Assembly: GCA_951406725.2 (NCBI GenBank)
Contig: OX597828.1
Span: forward strand, 39,680,001-39,744,000
Length of the DNA: 64,000 bases
From: Octopus vulgaris
Taxonomy: Eukaryota
Reading direction: 5' to 3'
The translations under genes and the position numbers were made by a program. Shown here one piece after another: positions 40,938 to 55,600 of this stretch; position 1 is the stretch's first letter; each line of letters begins with the position of its first letter. The notes below the pieces were generated by a model. The model was given only the letters and a program-made list of their open reading frames with translations, was not told the DNA's origin and searched no databases.

Positions 40938-41167
40938 TTAACCCTTTTGATAACAACCAGCCTGGAACTGCCTCTGGCTCTGTAATACAAGTATCATGTT
41001 TCCAGAAGTTTTGAATTAAAATCTTTCACCAAACCTTAGTCACAGTTTATGTTCCTAACACTAGCTGAATGATAACGAAGTTATTTGACTAAATTCTTTG
41101 TTAAAATTAAAATTAATTGAAAGAAACACTGAGCATCTCAACAGAAATATGGTAACAAAAGGGTTAA
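40938..41167. mobile_element. piggyBac-type MITE
   Basis: ttaa|CCCTTTTG...CAAAAGGG|ttaa; second copy at 50219-50433. Confidence 0.75.
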
Positions 41168-41196
41168 AAGCAATTAATGGAAGGCAGACTTTAAAC

Positions 41197-41248
<52 letters not shown>

Positions 41249-41376
41249 CTGATGATATAAGAAATAGAATTCATATTGTTACAGAATTATTCTGGTATTG
41301 TCTACAGAAAGTAATTTTATTGGTAGAAATGTGAAGAACATTATAGCACAGCAGCATTTCTTTGGCAAATTTCAGA

Positions 41377-41451
41377 TTATCGTTTTTCAGCCTTCAACCA
41401 TACTCCATTCACTGGATAAAGAAATATTTGCCCTCCTGTCTTAAGAGGAAC
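41377..41451 (-). CDS. P450 last exon
   Basis: ctttctag|VPLKTGGQIFLYPVNGVWLKAEKR*. Confidence 0.85.
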   Translation of the reverse strand, partial: VPLKTGGQIFLYPVNGVWLKAEKR

Positions 41452-44400
41452 CTAGAAAGAGAATTACCAGGAAATAAAGTCAGTGAGCATTAAGATATTT
41501 CAATTGTTGATCAACGATAAAGTGTGACAATCAATATCGTACAACTAATGATATTTCTTTAAAATTTCAGATTCAGTCAAAATATGAAATCTTCTAATAT
41601 TTATAACAGTTACAAAAACTCATTTATAAGAGAATTCTTACCTTGTTCAATCAAAATTTAGATTTCAAATGGTCAAAGTCATCACAATACACTTAAGATT
41701 CACTTCACTTTGGAAGATGCATTAATACTTCAAATGTCGATTTCCCATGTCCCCAGGTGGGTTACAAATTCATTTCTAACTATACTAGTGGGGCTGAGGG
41801 TACAGTAATAAATTATGCATTCAGCCAGCCAACATGCAATCCAGTTTCAATTCCCAGTTGTATTGTCTACACTTACCTCATTAATTGCATTGGAAAGAAA
41901 TCTTATGACTCTGCTGAAAGGAATGAAGATCACATCTTTCCTAAGATTATCTGAGGTGTCCATAATTCCCAAAGGAATAATGTGTTACATTTTATTTTGT
42001 TTGTGATTTTGCATTTAGTTAAAAGTAATAAATGTTTCATGAAAGACATTCTATTAAATAGGAGATTATTAACAACAATAACATTCTTCTACATGTTCAT
42101 CTCAGCTGAAGTTTGAAATAAAAGTAAACTTAAAATGCAGATAACCCAGCATTTAAGATGTAGACACTGGGCAAATATTTCACTCGCTGGAACAGTTTTA
42201 TGAGTAATGTAATGATTGACATTTTGTGAACAATAAATCATTGTTTGAAATTACATTATACTAGCAATGCACCCTGGCGTTGCCCGGGGGGGTTATTACC
42301 TACAGCCACATTGTATTATTTCTTCCTTTCTTATGGAAAGAACCAGCTTATGAGGAGTATGAAGCAAACAACTCTTCTTTATAAGCATGTTTTTCAGTCA
42401 TTTTCTGATGAACAATGCTGCAGTTTCAATCTACCAAATTCAGTCACAAGTCTGTGGTTGGCCTAGGGTTATAGTAGAAAACACTTGCTCAAAGTACCAT
42501 GCAGAGGGATTGAACATAGAACCATGTGGCTGGGAAGCAAACTTTTTAACCGCAGCCATTATTGCACTCAATATGTGTGTGTATTTACTTTTGTTGTTAA
42601 ATCGAGTATTGTGCCCCATTATGTCTCAAAGTTAGCAGTTCATCAAGCAGAGATCTATAAAATAAATAACAGATTGAAATACGTACAGAGCTCAGTATGG
42701 TCAATTACATTTTTGAAGGTGATACCCTATCATGGCGATAGTCAAAAGACTAAACCCAGTATAATAATGTTTAAAGACTTAATGGTTTCAAATTTAAGGT
42801 AATGGATTACTAACCACAAGATAACGAGTTCAAATTTCATATTGAACTTCCAATAACAGTATATGTACATCTCAGTCTACTTGACTTCCAGCAATTAACA
42901 ATTGTCTTTTGAAGCTGAATGGTTAGCAGTAAGAAAGATGTCCAGATTTCTTACAAAATTATTGTGCAAAATATTCTGAGAAAAAGTATTTTTTTCACTA
43001 CAACAAAACACACACACACACACACACAGGTGTGTCTGTAGTAACGTGTGCTACTACAGAAAGCAACCAAATCTCTCTTAAAACACAGCCTTTCTTCAAA
43101 AGAAAGACACAGATCTACAGTATTTCAGGAAGGAAAAAAAAGATATTCGATGGGTCTGCTATATCAGAGGTAACGCTGGGCTAAACAAAACACAAAAATA
43201 CTTCACATTAGATTATCTACTAAGTAATACTAATGAAGTTGACGGTATAACTTCAAAGTTTCATTCCCTGGTAAAATATTTTAAACATTTTCTCATTATG
43301 CTTGATGTAAGACATAAAGATAAGGGAGGCAGAGTTGCAAAAATCTTACTTTATTTGATTGATGAAAGATTATTGAATCATTTGATACCTCATATGCCAA
43401 AATCAGCAACTAGGTTTTCGAATCCATAAGGAACATATGTCCATGCACACACACACACACACACAAACTCTGTTTTATATATTAAGATTTCATATTCATA
43501 TTATCTTACCTCAGTTTTCGGAGATTTCACAAATTTATATTTTCTGATTATGGTAGCGATAGCAAGCTTAAATTCCAATCTTGCCATTTTTATGCCTATA
43601 CACATTCTTGGTCCAATGCCGAATGGTAAGAAGGTACAAGGATTCAATTTGCTTTTTGCTTCAGGTGCAAATCTGAATAATAGAGTACCGTTATAAGAAA
43701 ATACCAAATGATTCATAAATCATGACAGTTTTTTGATACATTAAAAGTAATATAAAACACATACAATTTTGGAACGAGAATTTACCTTGTAAGGTGCATA
43801 ATATATCGTTATTCATCTATGTGTATTTTGTATTGTAGCAAAGAACTATACCAGGTAGCTATGAGGGAGGTTAGAAGACAGGTATGCTTGGCCAGGGGAG
43901 AAGCAGAAAGGAGAAAGGCCTGTGATGTGAAGACCAGAAGCTTGAAGTATTTTGGATTGCAAAACATTGTCACAGAAGATCGTGCTGTGGTAGCAGAGCA
44001 ATGTGTTCTCATAGATGATGGCTCACTTGCAGTTAGTGATTTTGCAAAGAAGGAGGCTTGGAAGTGCCACTATGAAAGGTTGCTAAATGTAGAAAATGCA
44101 TGGGAGAAGGAGAGCCTGCTTAATGTGAACAGAACAGAGGAGCCAGCTATCTGGTTGACAGAAGCTTAGTAGATAAGGCAATTAAGGATATGGAGACAGG
44201 AAAAGCCTTCAGCCCATCAGGAATCACTGCTGAGATGCTTAAAATATCTGGCAGAGTGAGATATGACTTGGTCACCAGTATAGTTAATCAGGTTGTCCAA
44301 GTGGGAGTCATGCCCAATGATCAGAGAAGCAATATTATAGTCAACTGCTACAAAAACAAGGGTGATGTCCTAGACAGAAATAATTACAGAGGCATCAAAT

Positions 44401-47400
44401 TTCTGGCCCAGGTGATGAAAGTTGCAGAAAGGGATCAGTTCTTAACGTCCTCTGGTTTATCATGGTCCTCCAAGCTATAACCGAGGAATTTAAGACTAGC
44501 TTCTAATGTATGGGTGCATGAGGTTATCAGATGTGTGTATGTATGTGCAAAGGTATGGGTGAGTATACGCTTTATGTGAGTAGCATGTGTGTGTGCATGT
44601 GTTGCTTTTAGGTGTGTGTGTGTGTGTGTTAAAGGCATAAATGTATGTTTGTGCATAAAGTGTGTGTTCATGCATTATGTGTGTTTATGTGTGAATATTG
44701 TTTACGTTTGCGTGTGTCCCTTTTATCAGTTACTGTGTGTATATGGACCATTTTTAATCTCCCTGGCCACATAGTTGGCATGACTTTTGTTGTATGTGTG
44801 GGGTTGTAAATTTCACTATGTTCAATTATAATGAGTGTTGGGGATTTTGATTTTTAAGTTGCCAGATGTATTCAGCCAGTGAAGTAGTGGGCCAATTTAG
44901 GCTTTGTGTATGAGGGGATGTGTGTATAAATGTGCTTCTTAAAGTTGTTGGCTGTGGCATCAACATATTCTCTTGTAGTTGAACTGGTAATCACTTGACA
45001 TCTGTAAATGATGCTTCTAGCAAAGCAGTTTCTTTTCAAAGGGTACTCAAATGTATTTTTATAATAACAAGTTTTAGATGTAGAGGCTCCTCAGGTTGGA
45101 TATATCAGTGTCTGATATTTGTTCAGAGCAATTGTAGAAGTATGTGGGAGATATGAAACAGTGTTTGTAGTTAGAGCAGCCAGTTGGGTTTCATTGAAGG
45201 TCATTCTGCATGGATAGAAGAGGAATTGGGAATGTATGATGCTGGAATCAGGATCAGTAAAATTAAGAAGTTGACCATCAAATATCAGAGGATGTACAAC
45301 ATTTGTATTTTTTAGTGTAAAGTTATTATTCCCAGTCATGTTATCTGCAGGGTTGGGGTTGTAGAGTACAATAGCCTAACTATATGGTTATTAGATACTT
45401 GGTAAATGTGTGTGTATGTGCATACATGTTATGCATCCACATGCACACATGTGAGTTTATGTGTGTGTGTGTGTGTGCACGCATGCATGTAGAATGCTTT
45501 TATATAGATTTTTTTTTTTTAAATCACTATTTTATATGGCTATTCAAATATATTTTAACCTTTACCAAGATAAGTTCATTGATTATTATTCAGTTTATAT
45601 TTAAATATATCAATATTGGATTTCTTTGTTTTCTTATATCGAAATTTTAATAATTTGACCTACCTTTCTGGAATAAACTTATGTGGTTCTGGCCAGTATT
45701 CAGGGTCATGTTGAAGGCTATAAATAGATATGTCTATAGGAATGTCTTTCGGAATTATCCAGTCCTTTATCTTAACAGTTTCCTTGGCATACCTCTGAAG
45801 CCTGTATAAATGAACAATAGGGAAAATTCTTAATTAATTGCAATATTTAATACCTAAGAATAATTCCATAAAATATACAGATATATATTAAAGCGTCTAG
45901 CTGACACAATCATTAACAAAACAGGGAAAATGTTTTGTGTTGGGCAAAATGCTACATTCTGAGTTCAAATTCCTCCAGTCCAACTTTGCTTTTCACCCTC
46001 CCCGGATTCATTAAATAAATACTAGCTGAGCCCTGAGGGCCAATGTAATTGATTTACTGATCTCTGAAATTGCTGGTCTTGTACCAAAATTTGAAATCAA
46101 TGTACAGATATATTTACACATCAAAGGCAATAAAATATATTCCCATATTTTAGCAAACTCTTGAAAGTAAATGAAGCTAAAATTATTGACTCAGTACTTA
46201 AACAGAGTTTTGATCACTGTATATTTGAAGGTGATGGTCTGATATGGACACATCACAGCTGAATCACAGACACAATTCAGATATAATAAGAACACTGGAG
46301 AAACGCTTCTAGATTCTCACTTCATGTTTGTCTGAGACTGCCTCAATAATGTACAGACCATAATTGCAATAGAACACAATTATAAGCACATCATTACTTC
46401 ACTTTCGTTTGATAATGTAGCTTTCTCTTTGAGACAGGAATATGAACTTATACATTTTATGCACAGGATGTTCTGTTATTATGACAAAGACTGACTATTA
46501 CATTTATGTTAGTAGTAGGCATCTGTCGGTCTTGAGAGACCAGGGATCTATGCCTGAAGAAATCATGTCAGCTGCTGATGGTGATGCAGCGTGTGTTGTA
46601 GCTGTATAGGCCCACATGGGAGTGGCAATCATGCATACAACGATTGCATTTAAAGAAGCTTTCTACAGGTGCTACTGGTTTTTCCTTTCATCAAGTGCAC
46701 TTTTCTTTGGTTGCAAGTTCCTGTATCTCTTCCTCTTGCTTCACACACTTTTGCAATATTTGTCTCCAGCAAGGCGATCATTTTCAGTCTCCTCCCATCA
46801 CAGAATGTCCAGAACCATCAACTTCATATCTTTCTTGCAGACGTACTTGAAACAAAGATGAGGTTGTGCTCTTGTGCCAATGTCCAATTCTCCATACAGG
46901 ATGTCCTTTGGGGCTCCCCCTGTCTGGCATGCGATGTACATTTACATTATACAACAACAACAAAGTAGATTTTGTGCATGTAAACATATGATGTCATAAT
47001 TTGTTGTAATGAAAGGTTATAAAATTTGGTACTAATATATATTTCTTATGGAACATATTTTTAAAAACCAATCAGCGGAAGTATTGATATAAATAGGGAG
47101 TTACAGAACAGGAGATATGCCATTGCTATTATTATATATTTGGTAATATTATGTATTCCTTATGGAACATATTTTTCACACCAAGTGTAGAATATTGATA
47201 TGAACATTGGTACTATCATACATTTCTTATGCTACTATTATGTTATTTGGTACTGTTATGTGTTTCTTATCAAACACATTTTTGGTACTATTGTATATTT
47301 CTTGTGGAACACACTTTTCAAAACAATAAGGGAAGAATATTGATACAAATAAGAAGTTACAGAATGGGAGATATACCATTAAATATTGCAGCTTTCCTTT

Positions 47401-49629
47401 ATAATTTTCTCCTCAAAATTGTTCGTTCACTTTTCAATTACTTGCTCTCTTCTCTTAAAAGAAGGCCATCAACAACAAGTAGTCTTATATCCCTTCTCTA
47501 TAGTTTTCATTTGTATTTAAGTAGAATATATTCTATTAACAAACCATACAGTTGATACAATTTAATGTGGAATATTCCTGATAGTAATAAATAAAATTCA
47601 TAATGCATCACATTAGTTCACCTCTTTACAACAAACATTATTTAATTATTTCATGCAGATGTAAACATTGTAATACTACCTGAGTGATAGAGGATACATT
47701 CTAAGTAATTCAGACATACACATATCAAGGTAAGTTAGTTTGTTCAAATTTTCAACCATAGGTTCTTCCTGCAAACAAATAAATATCAAATTCAATTCAT
47801 GACACTGATTTGCTACTGAATCATAAATAAAATAAGTGAAATATAAGCATTTAACAAAATACAGTTTAGGATTATGTTGATATTAAATTCACAATAGCTA
47901 CTGTCATTTCCACACTTTTCTGAGTAATCACAATTGTCTTTGTTCATATTTTAATTTTGCAGTAAAAATAATTATTCTATCTACATTAACAATTAACATC
48001 CCAATAACATTAGTCAATATACATATATATATATATATATATATATCACGTGACTAACCAGTCCATCAGATGTTGTTACACATCGCTGGTCACAATGCGT
48101 TCGCATTGTTTTAGCCTTCGAATGACGCCACCCCGCTGGCTAAGCGACCAGGCCAACAGAAGAGTGGGAGAAAGAGTGGTGAAGGAGTACAACAGGGATC
48201 ACCACCCCCTGCCGGAGCCTCGTGGAGCTTCTAGGTGTTTTCGCTCAATAAACACTCACAACGCCCGGTCTGGGAATCGAAGCCACGATCCTACGACCAC
48301 GAGTCCGCTCCCCTAACTACTGGGCCATTGCGCCTCCACATATTTATATATATAGACACATACAAAGCAGTTATATCACAATCACCTCAGACATATGCAG
48401 CTGAGTAGCCTCTATAGTTAGAAATGTATCACTGGCTTAGATAGACTTCTAAAATAATTACTTTAGAAGTCTATCTAAACCAGTAATTAGTTATAATTAA
48501 TGCTAAATTTCTCTAATCATTTGTATTCACTATGACTGGAAGTTTTAAGTCACAGACAACCAAAGTTTTGGAGTCTCACTAGTGATGAGCTAACCAATTG
48601 CAGATCTCTTGCATTGTGTCTTAACCCAAGTGCAATTCTACAATACAATACATATTACTTGAACTCAAAACTGTTTATCACATAATACAGCAGTACACAT
48701 CACTACAACATCTCTGGTTTATGAATTATTCAGGTATTATTAGGTTACTGACTCGCCAGCACACCAGGTGAAATGCTCAGCAGCATTTTATCCATCTTCA
48801 TATTCTGAGTTCAAATTCCGCTCAGGTGTTTTTTGCCTTTCATTCTTTCAAGGTTGATAAAATAAGTACCAGCCAAGTACTGGGGTTGATGTAATCAACT
48901 TAGCCCCTCCCACCAAATTACTGGTCTTGTGCCAAAATCTTAGGGAAACTTACGTCACCAATGACATCCATCACTTCATCATATACCTTCTGCTGTATTT
49001 CTGGCTGAGTGACAAGGATATATGAAAAAAACGACAACGCAGTTGAAGTTGTTAAGTGTGCAGCAAATAAGAACAACACCACCTGTGCAACAATTTCTTC
49101 ATCTGTTAAACCTGCATTAATAAAAGATGATAAATTGTGCTTATGTTGCTATATAGTAAGATTGAAATATCCTGAACTAAGGATTCAGAAATTCTTTTTG
49201 GTAGAGACACATAGAACTTGCAGCTGGCAATAAATATATAGTAACGGAAGTGGGCAGATATAATTTTTGGGTGTTTATAAAGCCAGTAGGAATAATTATA
49301 AACAGAACAGTTGAGCAACTCACAAACGTTTTGATTATAACAATGCAGTCATATGTAGTAGACACCAGAATATCTTTAAAAAATACAGTCTTACTGAAGC
49401 AGTAAAAGCACGATACACTCTTGTGCATTGGTAAAGATCTTCACTGGCGTATGCATTGCCATCAAGAATGCATCATATGCTCTTTTTGATGGTAGTTATA
49501 AATTACTATTGTTCTTTCATGATTCAATGATAGATTTCTTCCTGGTCAACAGATCGGTTTGAGTGAGTGGTACTTATGTGCATATGTATAAAAACAATCA
49601 TGCACACACAGATATATTTGTGTGTGTGT

Positions 49630-49675
<46 letters not shown>

Positions 49676-52600
49676 CATTATACTCACAGTTATAAATATG
49701 TGTGTGTAAATATATATATATATATACAATCATACTTGGGAATGGATGCATTGCATTCATTTAAATAAATAAATAATATATATATACATACATACATATA
49801 TGGGTACAGGATGTGACCAAGAGTGCAAATAACATAAACACGAGAGATAGATTCAAGACGTGGACAGTAGTTACATGACAAAAATGAGTGAAATACATAA
49901 ACGAGAAAAAAATGGAAAACAGGACAAGTTAACACAGGGAAAGTACCCTTCATCAGTTGTTGGCTGTATATCTACTCCTCATTTCGAGCATTCAAACAAC
50001 AATATGAGTCTTCAAAGACTCCGATAAATTCTAAAATTAGGATTTATGGAAGGTCAAGGTAGGGAACAAATAAATAACAGTGGTGACATACAAGGAAAAC
50101 AAATGAAAACAGACATTCCTGGAAGCTGGTATGTAAATATTAACAACTTGTATGGAATGTGTTGAATATGTGAAATTAGTATCTCCAATAGCATCACACC
50201 TCTAGATTTCATGGCTATTTAACCCTTTTGAAACTGCCTATGGATCTGTAGTACAAATGTCTTGTTTTCAAATGTTCTGAATAAAAATCTTCCACCAAAC
50301 CTTAGTCACAATTTATGTTCCTAACTATAGTTTAATGATAACTAAGTTATTTTACTAGATACTTCGTTATATTTTAAATAAATTGAAAGAAACACAGAGT
50401 ATCTCAACAGGAATATAATAACAAAAGGGTTAAGCAATGTGTTTGTAGATGATTAATGGGTTGGATGGGTGCTGATTAAGGAGAAAAAATGCCTGGAATA
50501 TGTCATCCACGCCCATTACTGATTTTCCATCTTCGATCTCATTGTTGTTTACATGAGGCATGAGGGATATGAAATGTCATAGCAAAATAAGTGCTGGCTG
50601 TATTTTCTACAGAAAATCTCAAGACATGACCTTAACCTTAAGTGATGTTGTAGCACTGCTAACACAGTAGAACACAGTATTGACTTATCAAAATGTTTAA
50701 TATACTTTGTAGTATATTATGGTTGCATAATGAAATATGGTGTGCCCACAGATCATTACTATTCATATTTAGCTGATGAGACACAAAACTCTAATGTATT
50801 AGAATATTTATTTTATCAGATCTTAATAATGCCCAAATATTCTCACTGAGATCCATTATAGATTATTGCTCACATACCAAATATGGTGCTGGTACTACTA
50901 CACACACACATATATAGACATCCTAAACATTGTCCACAAAAAGGTCACCCAACTCACAAGCAGACTCCAGCCTCTGAAGCAAAGACATGCTGAGTTATAT
51001 TCCTCAGCTTTTCCTTTTGCTACTAAAATGATTCTTGCTTCTTTGAGCATCTCCTCTGAGCATTTCCGATTTACTCATTTCTTTTTCCCTCTTTCTCTGC
51101 CCAACCCCAATAGATCCAACACTAGTTATTGTGCCTTCAAAATCCCTTCCCTGCTCATGTATTTTCTGCAGATATTGATTTGCAAAAGTCATTTTCACTC
51201 TGTTCTATGTACACACTGACATTACCCTTCCAGTGGAGCATACTGGCTTTACTTCCTTCAAGATTTGCATGTCCTTTGTAGTCATAGCCCATGTTTGACA
51301 GCCATGTAGCATAGCTGTACATACACAGGCATCATACAATCTGCCTTTCACTTTGAGGGAGAAGTGCTTTGTTACCAACAAATGTAGTAGCTCTTAGAAC
51401 TTTACCCGGCCTATTCTTACTCTAGCAACTATGCTTTTAGAGCTTCCTCCATCACTGCTAACTTGGTCTCAAAGGTAACAGAAGCTATCTACTACTTCTA
51501 AGGATTCCTGGGCATTGCAGGAAGTCTGTTCTCTGCACATTCTTAGTGTTTATTGTACCCACACATTTGCTACACGCAAAGTCTATTTTCTCTGTTAAAC
51601 TTCCCATGACACCACTACACCTTCAATGTGTTCAAAGCTTGCACTAAGTAGTTTCTACTAACACATTTCTTACATATTGAGCAGGGCTGTCTCCTTGAAG
51701 GGATTTGTGATTCATCTGTTTTCCCACTTAATAAGGCTTTGGTCTTTTCTCAGTGAATTTCTGCAGAATACTGCATCTAAAGTGTTCATATATATTTTGT
51801 ATATCAAACCTATATTTCAAATAATCAAAATTTACTTGCCTCTTTTTGACCTCCAGTCACTCATGTTCTCAAATGTGAGTGTTTCCAGTTCGTGTTTCAT
51901 ATCATCATCAATTTTATCAACATTTTCAAGTTTTGCATCCAACAAAAGTTGGAGAAAATCCTGTCTTACCTAAAACCAACAAGAAAATCTAGAAATATTA
52001 AACAGCTGAATAAAATTACTGAGGTTTTAATATAAATATTAGGCATTCTAAGTACTAATTTTAGAAATATCCAATCACTGGATTTTACTGGTAGATTTTT
52101 TTGGACAAGTGGAACATTAATATGAATGAGATGTATATCGTGATATAGCAAAATTGCATTTTGGTATCATATAGACATATGATAAACAGAGCAGTAACAT
52201 AGAAAACTCCTTTTCAATTTCTTGTAAATTCAGTTAAATAGAAACTGTAATAAGGAAATGCAGAACATATATTTCATATTTTTCAGTAGATAGTATATAA
52301 TTCTAATTCTCACTGTCTAATCTCATTTCCTCACTAGAAAAAAATGTTTTTCTTGCTGGTTATAAAAAACATTTTAAAACACATTGACTGAAAACATACT
52401 ATGAAATGCTCAATAACATTAAATAAATTTCAAATATTACCGTTTTATTTTTTCTCCGTTCTGCTATAACATCTTTGGAAAACTTAGCGACAGACTGCAA
52501 TGAACTGGAAAAGTTACTTTTGATTCCGAATGTACCCAGAATTTTTGGAATTACTGGAAATAATGCTGAAACAACAAATGCTCAGTCTAATTAGTACTGT

Positions 52601-55600
52601 TGATTATATTGGCGATAAAAATTTGTATTCCATGTAATAAACCAATAAACCTTAGCAGTTTTCTTGAAACGAATGATATACATGTTAATAAATAAACTCA
52701 CTGATCAAAACTAGAAACTTATTGAGAGTTCCTTTGTTTTTAGTGAAATCAACAATTAAAACAGATCCAAATGTTCTCAACAAGCTTACATTCTATTTCA
52801 GATGAAACTGTTTTTGCCTGTTTTGTGTTGATTTTGTAGAGGTAAATATTGTAAATGCAATGAAAGATAGGCTAGGTGCCTTGCTATCTCTAGATTTGTT
52901 CAATAGAAAGTGGAATTTTCTGGAGAGAAAACAAAAGGCTTCAATTTAAGACTTTCTAGAGAGTTTCAAAAGGTTAGTGTTTTATAATTCATGTATCTGA
53001 AGAGTGAAGTGTAATGATTTATTCATATACTAGCATTATGACCGGTCGTTGCCGGGTCATAGTGCTAGTACATGTATATATGTGTATATATATATATGTA
53101 TACATATTACATGTACATCTATATATATACATCTACACATAAAATACAAAATACAAAGTTATATCTTGATATCGCTAGTGATAACAATACTCAAAATATA
53201 TAACAGACTGGAATTGTAGGCCTGTCTCTTGCAATTTAGATCAATTGTATCTTGTCCTCCCTCTTGTTTAGAAGTGTGGCTACAATCCAGCTTACCTCTA
53301 CTTCTGGGGGGACATTTTAAATTTTTATCCGGGACGTCCTACGTCCTAGATATAAAGGTAAAAATAAAATATTTCCACTTTGCGAGGTTCGAGTCGAGTA
53401 CTCTCTTGCACGCTCCGTTGACTTGAACCTTGCTTCTATTGTGTCGAATTTACTGCCTCTGGTTAGATATCTTTCATGGTCGCACCAAGACACTTTTCCA
53501 TGGTGCTTTCCTCCAGGTGTTTAAATCTTTTTTTTTTCTCTACATTGTATACTTTATAGACAATAGTCTTTTCTTTAATTTAATTTTTTATTTCGTTTGG
53601 TGGTGTTATCGTAGATTCACATCTTTGTCGGTGATCAATCCGAAATAGGTTTGTATGTCTTCCATTTTAATTTAAATAAGTTCGCGCCCGCCAACGGCTG
53701 CAGCGAAATTCATTTTTGGACTTTCCTATCAAAGGCATTCTAACAAAAATGCTTCCGTATAAATGGTGAAAATATTGTCAATTTCCCCAAACAAGGACAT
53801 AATTCAATTTTTAAACAATAACCAAAGCTCCTTCTCCCAAAGGGGGAGGGTTACATTTTACAATTATTTAACAAATGCAACACAACGTTTCCCTTACAAG
53901 GAACCAACAAATGTGATAACAATAGTTAAACAGTAATAATAATAACAACAAACCTTACGGTGAATCAAAAAGCAGTGCGCAGTTGAAGTTATAGTCCTTT
54001 ATGTATAAGAATAAACCAACAGCAGTACTTAGTAAGCGCGGCTGTTCATGAAAACAGACATTACATACAGCCAAACATTATATAGATACTTAATGCTAGC
54101 TAATTAGCAGATAATCTAATCTAAAAGCTGTGGTAAACGGTATGTGCACAGCTCCATCTGGACTATTCCATTTCTGCACACTAATTTTATTTTTTATTTA
54201 TTCCCATTCCTGTGAAACCACTTATTCAAGTTCAAGTCATTGATGCGATTTTATACCAATTGTTATTTTTACTTTTGTTATGTTACGATTATATTATACT
54301 TTAGCTTGATTTTAATTATTACTTACTACATATAATTCAATTGTTATTATTATCTCTAATTTTTATTGTTAAAGTGAAAGTATCTGACATAAAATAGAGA
54401 AATGTTTTTGTTTCACTTTTAACATGTAATAGTGAAATAGTGGAGAAGATATGATATTGCTATGGGCTCGCCTTAGGCAAGAAGTTGAACATTTTTTTTG
54501 CCCATGAAACTACATGGACTCTAAGTAAAGCATGTGTAAAATTTGAATAAAATTGGTTGTGTAGTTCTCAAGTTTTAGGGAAACACACAGACAGACAGAC
54601 ACACATTCTCAGTTTTATATATAGAGAGATAAAGCCAAAAAAAGGAGCTTAATTTCAGATTATTTTGTGACCAAAATAAAGGGATTTTGTGATATTATCT
54701 GTGTTATTAGGCAAATAACAGGAGTGCTCATTCCAACCTGTTATCTGCCCATATAGACAGGTGCACCAACATATAGCATAGATAAATTAACAACAACTAG
54801 CTGAAGCATCGTTCAGTGAGAGATGAAAATGACTGCAATGATGTCTGAGTTTGGCTTTTCTTTCTTTTCTGTATATTTATCATAAATACAGTCTTTTATC
54901 TAATGTATAGAGGTTAAAATTTACACACACACGCATACAGAAACTCATTTAAACATACATCGATACAAGCACACACATGATGTGTGTCACTGCAATACAC
55001 ACAGTTAACAACAATGAGGTCATATTCATTCAATAACATATCTTAAGAGAATAAGTAAATATTTACTTTGAACAGAAGTGATCGGGTCATAAAAATTGAC
55101 ATAAAAGAATTTGTCAAAGCATTTTATTAATGAATGATCTGGATTCTTCTGTGAATTAACTTCGATGCCAAACGCAGTAGATGCAATCATATCAACTGTG
55201 TAACATGAAAATACTCTGAAATGAAAATAGAGAAATAAGAAACTAAAATAATACTAAAACTCACTTTGTTCTACTCTTTTAAATACATTTTAATTGGGAA
55301 CTATTGTTGTGCATTGAGTACATTTTAAAACAAAAGCTATGCTACTAGTATGTGACGTGATGGTATAGATTCAATTTACAGGTTAAATTATTTCACATAT
55401 CTTACATTGATTATAATTATTGGAAATGTATCAATTCCAGTTTTTCTCTCCAAATACAAAGCTATCATGCATAGTGAGAAAGACATGATTTCTTTTTTCC
55501 TGCTTATTATAAAATTAACAAATTACTTGTAATTTTTCACTTGAATGGGTCAGATACCTACACTGGTGCTTTTTGGCATAGACAGTACAATCCTTACTCT

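Noticed and set aside
41098-41334. Poly-Asp ORF
   Set aside because: (GAT)n tail of a retro-repeat next to a MITE.
41571-41597. Possible terminal exon IQSKYEIF* for the plus-strand gene
   Set aside because: Phase fits the 29711 donor, but it is 12 kb away inside the P450 last intron and too short to distinguish from chance.
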